Assembly: GCA_938091905.1 (NCBI GenBank) | Contig: CALKOM010000187.1 | Location: 1-22,767 of the forward strand | From: an uncultured Verrucomicrobiales bacterium | GTDB taxonomy: Bacteria > Verrucomicrobiota > Verrucomicrobiia > Verrucomicrobiales > DEV007 | Direction: 5' to 3' | Length of the DNA: 22,767 nt | Shown here: positions 17,166-22,767 of the stretch, piece after piece | How positions within the stretch are numbered: the first letter of the stretch is position 1 | Layout of the letters: each line of letters starts with the position of its first letter | Notes under the pieces: generated by a model | What the model was told of the DNA's origin: nothing | Database searches by the model: none | What the model saw: only the letters and a program-made list of their open reading frames with translations | Program-made: the position numbers and the translations under genes

Positions 17166-17223
17166 CGCGAAGGGAAGCCACATTAATCTGCCTCGATCTC
17201 GATTGAATGCAAGAGTCCTAAAT

Positions 17224-17502
17224 CTAGGTCTTGGCTGGCTTTGGGAGTGTTGGCAATTCATAAGCAAGACCAATTCGAACGACCGAGAAAGATCGTTGAT
17301 TTGGCTCACGTATGTCCTCTACTGCTGTCAGTAGCGTAAACGTTACGAGTAACAAGACTTCCGTTAGACCTTTATCGCCAAAGTCAAAAACTTCGAGATG
17401 CATCGCAAACTCCAGGCCAGAGAGTGCTCCAATTCGGAATTCCTCGGCGTCCAAGTGAGCGAGCAAATCCAGATCCTTGCAAGTGATCTCTTTGCCCGTC
17501 AC
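17224..17502 (-). CDS. Hypothetical ORF or gene relic
   Basis: 92 aa GTG-start ORF filling the phoD-amidase gap, with no recognisable motif. Confidence 0.2.
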   Translation of the reverse strand: MTGKEITCKDLDLLAHLDAEEFRIGALSGLEFAMHLEVFDFGDKGLTEVLLLVTFTLLTAVEDIREPNQRSFSVVRIGLAYELPTLPKPAKT

Positions 17503-17694
17503 CCCAAGATTAGTCTGAACGACCGTTTAAAGGGAAGCTAGCCTCAGTGCCTTGGCAATAGGAAAATGATAGAAACAGAAAGGATAGAGCGATCTGACGC
17601 GTTCGTGGAGACGTGGGAACCAAACCGGGCTCTGGGGCCGTTCGAATGCGAGAAGGGATTTGAATTATGAACAATTCCATAGACCGTCCACCAC

Positions 17695-18372
17695 ATGCGC
17701 TGCCATCTCATTGCTGCTTTGTTGCCTCTCATCATCGTGGTCGCTTGTGAGTCGAACAAGGACTACGGACGGAAGCGATAGCGCGACTACAGCCAGAACT
17801 ACTCAAGGTCGCCTTTGTCTTACAGTACGCCTACTCGTGGACGGACAAGTAATGCCGGCATGCTTCGCCAGATAAATCTTCGGCGTGATTTCGTGTCCAG
17901 GAGATTTAGCTCCATGCGACCGCGCTACATCACCATCCACAGCACCCAGAACTACTCGGGTGATGCCTATGCTCATGCCCGGGCCCTTCACAATCGGGCC
18001 TTGGGTCGCATCATTTGGCATTTCACCGTTCAAGACAGTGTCGCCATTCAGCACATGTCGACCACCAAGAAGGGCAACCATGCTGATCACGATGGACCAG
18101 GAAACAAGTATAGCATCGGCATCGAAATGTGCGAGCATCGTGGCAATAGCCAGTCCAGAACTCTTGATCGCACAGCCAAACTCACGGCATACTTGATGAA
18201 AAAACATCGCATTCCTCTGAGCAATGTAGTGCCACACTACCATTGGCCTCGCTGGGGGAAGTACCCGCCTAACAAAAACTGCCCACACTTCCTGATGACA
18301 AACGGTCGTCCAGGTCGCAAGTGGCAGACCTTTAAAAAGCGCGTCGGCCACTACTATCGCACGATTGGCTAA
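17695..18372 (+). CDS. N-acetylmuramoyl-L-alanine amidase (Amidase_2) lipoprotein interrupted by an in-frame TAG; catalytic ORF 17815..18372
   Basis: PRYITIHSTQN, WHFTV, HAD, SIGIEMCE, VVPHYHW...KNCP. The upstream in-frame ATG 17695 gives MRCHLIAALLPLIIVVAC (lipobox), followed by TAG at 17779-17781. Confidence 0.88.
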
Positions 18373-18435
18373 GGAATCCGAAAGCAGCTATCGCCCCATG
18401 TAGATCATGCAGCGAAAGAATGGTGCCCTCACCTC

Positions 18436-19257
18436 CTAAAGCTTCTTTGATCCAAAGTCTCGTTCATAGGCATTGAGAAGGTCTTTCTCATCTCCCTCTA
18501 TCAGATACACCCGCCCAAAGATTTCTTTCGTTTCGCCAGGCCGCAAGCCGCCAATCCGAAAGTCGGAATGGAGACACGTGATGACCCCTTGAAAGAGTTC
18601 TTGATAAGGGTACCAAGCCATAGCAAGAATCCATTTCTTGTCTGAGGAAAAACAACCGATAAGAGCATTCGATGGTGTGTCAGGATGAAGAGGGCGCGGA
18701 TTGACATCGTTGCGATTCACGCCAGGAGCGCACCAGACTTGACCGGGAATGTAGCGCGCTGTCTTAGCCCAAGACGCTGTCGGCATGCGTGTTAGGGTGT
18801 CATTGAGAAAGAGAAAACACTTTGGAAGGTAGTGTTCGCCGCTTGAGACCATGGGTAACCCAACAAAGCGATCCACACGCATGCACGGCTGTGCCCAGTG
18901 GGCTTCGGAGACGTGTTTGGCAGGGTTGTGCGCAGACACCTCAAAGCTGACCCCGTCAGCAGCCGCTTTGATGAGGTGCGTAACAATGACGCCGTCGCCG
19001 AGACGCTGTTTTAAGGACACCGTGCCTGGCTCTTTCGACTCGAGTTGCGCAGTACTGTGAGGGATCACCGTTTCTTTCCAATCGCGATCCGACGATCCTG
19101 GTCGGCAGAAAGCTTCCAGATAGTGAATGCGAATCGGTTGATCCGGCAGCTGAGAATGGGTGATCGTGAGATACTCCTTTTCCCACTGAATGCTCAACGG
19201 AGAGTCCGCCGCATATACGGATATTTGGGCAACAAAGTAGAGAAGCAGTAAGCGCAT
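18436..19257 (-). CDS. Secreted hypothetical protein
   Basis: 273 aa, signal peptide MRLLLLYFVAQISVYAA, beta-rich. Motifs YLEAFCRPGS, HWAQPC and ELFQGVITCLHSDFRIGGL. Directly downstream of purB. Confidence 0.85.
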   Translation of the reverse strand: MRLLLLYFVAQISVYAADSPLSIQWEKEYLTITHSQLPDQPIRIHYLEAFCRPGSSDRDWKETVIPHSTAQLESKEPGTVSLKQRLGDGVIVTHLIKAAADGVSFEVSAHNPAKHVSEAHWAQPCMRVDRFVGLPMVSSGEHYLPKCFLFLNDTLTRMPTASWAKTARYIPGQVWCAPGVNRNDVNPRPLHPDTPSNALIGCFSSDKKWILAMAWYPYQELFQGVITCLHSDFRIGGLRPGETKEIFGRVYLIEGDEKDLLNAYERDFGSKKL

Positions 19258-19296
19258 CCTCCTTTATAGCCAACAGCACACGACGGAAACAAGCCT

Positions 19297-20727
19297 CTAA
19301 AGTATCGATCCCGGAGTGTAGCCCTTGGCCTCGGGATACTGCTCTAGCAGGGCTGTAACCTGGACACTGAAGGCATCGACCTGAGCCTGCGCATTTCCGC
19401 AGGCCTGACGCCCACCCTCAAGCAGAGCTTCGAGACGATCACGAGAAATCCTCAAGCGATCATCTGCAGCCAGACGGTCTAACAAATCATTCTGTTGCGC
19501 CTCACCCGTCCGAAGGGCCATAACCGCAGCGACCGCATGTTCCTTGATGGCCTCGTGTGCGGTTTCACGGCCCACACCACTGGTGACCGCTTCCATAAGA
19601 AAGGTCGTCGACATGAGAAACGGTAGATAATACGTATTCTCGCGATTAATCACGGCCGGATAAGCGTCCATTTGACCGAGCACCACATGGAAAGTTTCTA
19701 ACAAACCATCGATGGCAAAGAAACAGTCTGGCAACATCACTCTGCGCACGACGGAACAAGAGACATCGCCTTCATTCCACTGATCTCCCGCCAAGCCAGA
19801 TGCCATCGTGACATAGCCCTTAAGAAGCGTGTGGAAGCCATTGATGCGTTCACATGAGCGGCTATTCATCTTGTGCGGCATTGCAGACGAACCTACCTGG
19901 CCCTTGGCAAAGCCTTCGCTGGCAAGTTCATGACCTGCCATGAGGCGCAAGGTCTTGGCAAAGTCACCAGGGCCACTCCCCAACGCGCACAAGGTGCTGA
20001 CCACTTGGAAATCCATGCTGCGCGGATACACCTGGCCCAGATTTTCTAACTGTTGAGGGATACCCAAGTGCTTGACCACCTTTTGCTCTAGCTGACGCAC
20101 CTTATCGGCGTCGCCTTGAAACAGGCTCAACTGATCGAGCTGTGTTCCCACGGCGCCTTTCAATCCGCGTGCCGCATATCGCCCGATCAGATCCTCCAAG
20201 GCCTGACATTGCACAAACAGCTCCTCGCCAAACATCGTCAGGCGCTTGCCAAACGTCGTGGTTTGCGCCGCCACATTGTGCGTGCGTCCGGTCACGACGA
20301 GATCGCGCCACTGTTGCGCACGCTTAGAAAGTCCCTCCAACGCCGCCACGCCTTTGCGTCGAACTTCTAACAACGAACGATATACTTGGAGCTGCTCTAC
20401 GTTTTCCGTCAGATCGCGACTCGTTAGGCCTTTGTGAATATGCTCTTCACCCGCAAGATCATTGAACTCCTCAATACGCGCCTTCACATCGTGCCGAGTG
20501 ACCCGCTCCCGTTCCATAATGGCGTCCAAGTTGACCGTGCCCTTGACCTTCTCGTAGGACGCGATGGCGATCTCGGGAATGTTTAGCCCCAGCTCTCTTT
20601 GGGCTTTCATCACCGCGATCCAATACTCACGTTCAAGGACGATGCGTCCCTCAGATGACCACAGATCGCGCATAGGCGCCGTAGCGTAACGCTCTGCAAG
20701 CACATTGGAAATAGCGGAACGACTCAT
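19297..20727 (-). CDS. purB: Adenylosuccinate lyase
   Basis: NVLAERYA, TRHDVKA, HKGLTSRD, GRTHNVAAQTTT, GAVGT, signature GSSAMPHKMN. The start is placed at ATG 20727 because the longer ORF start abuts the tRNA. Confidence 0.96.
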   Translation of the reverse strand: MSRSAISNVLAERYATAPMRDLWSSEGRIVLEREYWIAVMKAQRELGLNIPEIAIASYEKVKGTVNLDAIMERERVTRHDVKARIEEFNDLAGEEHIHKGLTSRDLTENVEQLQVYRSLLEVRRKGVAALEGLSKRAQQWRDLVVTGRTHNVAAQTTTFGKRLTMFGEELFVQCQALEDLIGRYAARGLKGAVGTQLDQLSLFQGDADKVRQLEQKVVKHLGIPQQLENLGQVYPRSMDFQVVSTLCALGSGPGDFAKTLRLMAGHELASEGFAKGQVGSSAMPHKMNSRSCERINGFHTLLKGYVTMASGLAGDQWNEGDVSCSVVRRVMLPDCFFAIDGLLETFHVVLGQMDAYPAVINRENTYYLPFLMSTTFLMEAVTSGVGRETAHEAIKEHAVAAVMALRTGEAQQNDLLDRLAADDRLRISRDRLEALLEGGRQACGNAQAQVDAFSVQVTALLEQYPEAKGYTPGSIL

Positions 20728-20829
20728 GCTCGCAGCCAAGCACCACCACTCGGAATCGCGAGCCCTTTTTAGCTCTTGCGCGTATCTCCGAATCAGCCTA
20801 GCGTCGCCGACTAGTCCGCTCGGACACAT

Positions 20830-20904
20830 GCGCGGTTAGCTCAGGGGTAGAGCGCCTGCTTCACACGCAGGATGTCACAGGTTCAAATCCTGTATCGCGC
20901 ACCA
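20830..20904 (+). tRNA. tRNA-Val, anticodon CAC
   Basis: Acceptor stem GCGCGGT/ATCGCGC, D-arm TAGCTCAGGGGTAGAGC, anticodon arm CCTGC-TTCACAC-GCAGG, T-arm ACAGG-TTCAAAT-CCTGT, encoded ACCA end. Confidence 0.96.
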
Positions 20905-21014
20905 TTTCTGGGCCTTCGCCAAAATTATTCATCCTAAGTGCCTTCTCTAGCAGGCGCGAATCCATCAGGCGGGTACATTGACGGGAAGCCGTACCATCGC
21001 CATGATCTCAAGGT

Positions 21015-22767
21015 ATGTGCTCAGTTGTGTCACGCTGGTTTCTATGTCTAGCCTTACTTGGCGTTGGTTGGCTTCAAGGAGAAGTGCGCTCCATTGATGG
21101 GAAGGGGAATAATGTTAGAAACCCGGAATGGGGATCCTCCAAGAGTCAGCTACAACGCTTCGCAGGAGCCTACTACAGTGACGGCATGTCATCGCTGGCA
21201 GGAGCAGATCGACCGAGTCCTCGGATGGTTAGCAACATCGTGGCTGAGCAACCTACTCTCACAGAGAGTCAGCGTGGACTCAGTGACATGACTTGGTGTT
21301 GGGGACAGTTTCTCGACCACGACATCACTTTGGTCGTGTCCTCACGTGATGAGTTTGCCCCTATCATGGTCGATGACGAAGACATGATGGCGCCGATGAT
21401 TCCCCTGATGCGTTCGGACTCTGATCCTGACACCGGCACGAGCACTGAAAACCCTCGTCAGCAGATGAATTCGACAACCGCTTTCATCGATGGTTCCATG
21501 GTTTACGGACACACCGACGAACGGGCAGACGCTCTTCGCTCTCATGTCGGCGGACGACTCAAGATGACCGCTGACGGGCTTCTCCCATTGAACGAGGCAG
21601 AAATCGAAATGGACAATCCCAACGAACTCCCACTCGCAGAACTCTACATGGCGGGCGACATCCGCGCGAACGAGAACCCTGCGCTCATTTCCATACACAC
21701 ACTTTGGCTACGGGAGCACAATCGCTGGGCAGATGACCTTGCGGCCACCCATGCGGAATGGACCGACGAAGAAATCTATCAACAAGCTCGGCGCATGGTG
21801 ATCGGTCAGATTCAGAACATCACCTATCAGGAGTTCTTGCCGGCATTGTTAGGCTCCCATGCACCGGGTTTGGACGCGCACTATGATAGTGAGATGAATC
21901 CAAGCATGTTCAATGAAGTCGCTGGAGCACTCTATCGTATCGGTCACTCAATGGTTTCCAGCCATATCATGCGAATGAAAGCAGATGGCAGCGTGCCGAT
22001 GTCGGGCAGATTTCTCTTTAGAGACGCCTTCTTTCAACCGACCTCAATCAATGCCTCGTCTCTGGTCGGCGAGGTACTCATGGGCGTGGCCGGTAAACGA
22101 ATGCAAGAGATAGATCCATTCGTGGTGACAGACCTGCGGAACTTTCTCTTTGCTCAAGAAGGCGCAGGTGGCTTGGATCTGATTGCGATCAATCTTCAGC
22201 GAGGTCGTGACCATGGCCTACCTTCTTTCAATCAAGCCCGCGAGGCGCTTGGCCTTCCGACCCATCAAAGTTTCAGCACGATTACTAGCAATACTGCGGT
22301 AGCTAAAGCGCTGGAAGAGGCCTATGGTGACGTTGATCAAGTTGACCTCTGGATGGGAGCCATGGCGGAAGACCACATGGCTGGTACCAGTACCGGCGAA
22401 ACCTTGATGACAGCGTTGACCATGCAATTCCGACACTTGCGCGATGGAGACCGATTCTATTACCTCAGCGACGATGCGCTTACCCCTGAAGAGAAGGCTA
22501 CTATTCGCGAGACCACCCTTGCCGACGTTATTCGCCGCAATACAGCGATGACTTCTATTCAGGATCAGGTTTTTATGGCGCCGCCGATATCCAAGTGGAT
22601 GGACAGCGATCATGACGGGCAACCGGATATTCGAGAAGTCATTGCGGGCACTGACCCAAACAATCCGTCTAGCCGCTTGCAGGCGGGACGCCTGGCATTG
22701 TCCGAAGACGGCAACAAGATCTCGCTGCAATGGCAAAGTGTTCCCGGAATCCTCTATCTCGTCGAAC
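21015..22767 (+). CDS. Secreted heme peroxidase of the peroxidase-cyclooxygenase (animal heme peroxidase) superfamily, 3' truncated by the window
   Basis: Manual translation from ATG 21015, open to the window end. Signal peptide, RSIDGKGNN, WGQFLDHDITL, TAFIDGSMVYG, AGDIRANEN, LREHN, YRIGHS, NLQRGRDHGLP, LRDGDRFYY, then DSDHDGQPDIREVIAGTDPNNPSS. Confidence 0.95.
   Translation, partial: MCSVVSRWFLCLALLGVGWLQGEVRSIDGKGNNVRNPEWGSSKSQLQRFAGAYYSDGMSSLAGADRPSPRMVSNIVAEQPTLTESQRGLSDMTWCWGQFLDHDITLVVSSRDEFAPIMVDDEDMMAPMIPLMRSDSDPDTGTSTENPRQQMNSTTAFIDGSMVYGHTDERADALRSHVGGRLKMTADGLLPLNEAEIEMDNPNELPLAELYMAGDIRANENPALISIHTLWLREHNRWADDLAATHAEWTDEEIYQQARRMVIGQIQNITYQEFLPALLGSHAPGLDAHYDSEMNPSMFNEVAGALYRIGHSMVSSHIMRMKADGSVPMSGRFLFRDAFFQPTSINASSLVGEVLMGVAGKRMQEIDPFVVTDLRNFLFAQEGAGGLDLIAINLQRGRDHGLPSFNQAREALGLPTHQSFSTITSNTAVAKALEEAYGDVDQVDLWMGAMAEDHMAGTSTGETLMTALTMQFRHLRDGDRFYYLSDDALTPEEKATIRETTLADVIRRNTAMTSIQDQVFMAPPISKWMDSDHDGQPDIREVIAGTDPNNPSSRLQAGRLALSEDGNKISLQWQSVPGILYLVE

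Noticed and set aside
17184..17309. N-terminal extension of phoD in the ORF track
   Set aside because: The signal peptide lies after ATG 17183/17165, and the extension is not protein-like.
17779..17781. Alternative genetic code (TAG reassignment or pyrrolysine)
   Set aside because: Intact genes here terminate at TAG (e.g. 14367..16136 and 18436..19257), no other intact gene has an internal TAG, and no pyl genes are seen.
17803..18351. 182-aa minus-strand ORF
   Set aside because: It is antisense to the amidase, which carries the recognisable motifs.
20728..20829. N-terminal extension of purB in the ORF track
   Set aside because: It occupies the divergent purB/tRNA promoter region. PurB-like sequence starts near ATG 20727.
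21058..22736. ORFs 21058..21291 (+), 21342..21698 (-) and 22218..22736 (-)
   Set aside because: They are shadow frames of the peroxidase gene.
20830..22767. tRNA-anchored genomic island or prophage
   Set aside because: No integrase follows the tRNA and no duplicated tRNA 3' end is visible in the window.

Overview
A bacterial chromosome window, most likely Verrucomicrobiota/PVC. This is inferred from a planctomycete-type cytochrome c, a PVC-type isochorismatase-like protein and a DxDxDG...AGTDP C-terminal motif. Intact genes: ABC exporter, J1-crystallin/SelJ-like ADP-ribosylglycohydrolase with two coupled small membrane ORFs, SigK-like ECF sigma factor, SH3-like lipoprotein, cstA, cytochrome c, U32/RlhA-type hydroxylase, metallophosphoesterase, isochorismatase-like hydrolase, phoD, a conserved secreted hypothetical, purB and tRNA-Val(CAC). 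A secreted lactoperoxidase-like heme peroxidase runs off the right edge and is absent from the ORF track. The long gaps between these genes look like decayed genes. They contain a broken IS5-family transposase, an ATPase-PD-(D/E)xK nuclease relic, a probable NarL/LuxR regulator relic and a secreted-protein relic. An amidase is also cut from its lipoprotein signal by one in-frame TAG. There is an 8-bp purine microsatellite. No CRISPR array, integrase or complete novel multi-gene system could be supported. All family calls come from motif recognition by eye, not database searches.
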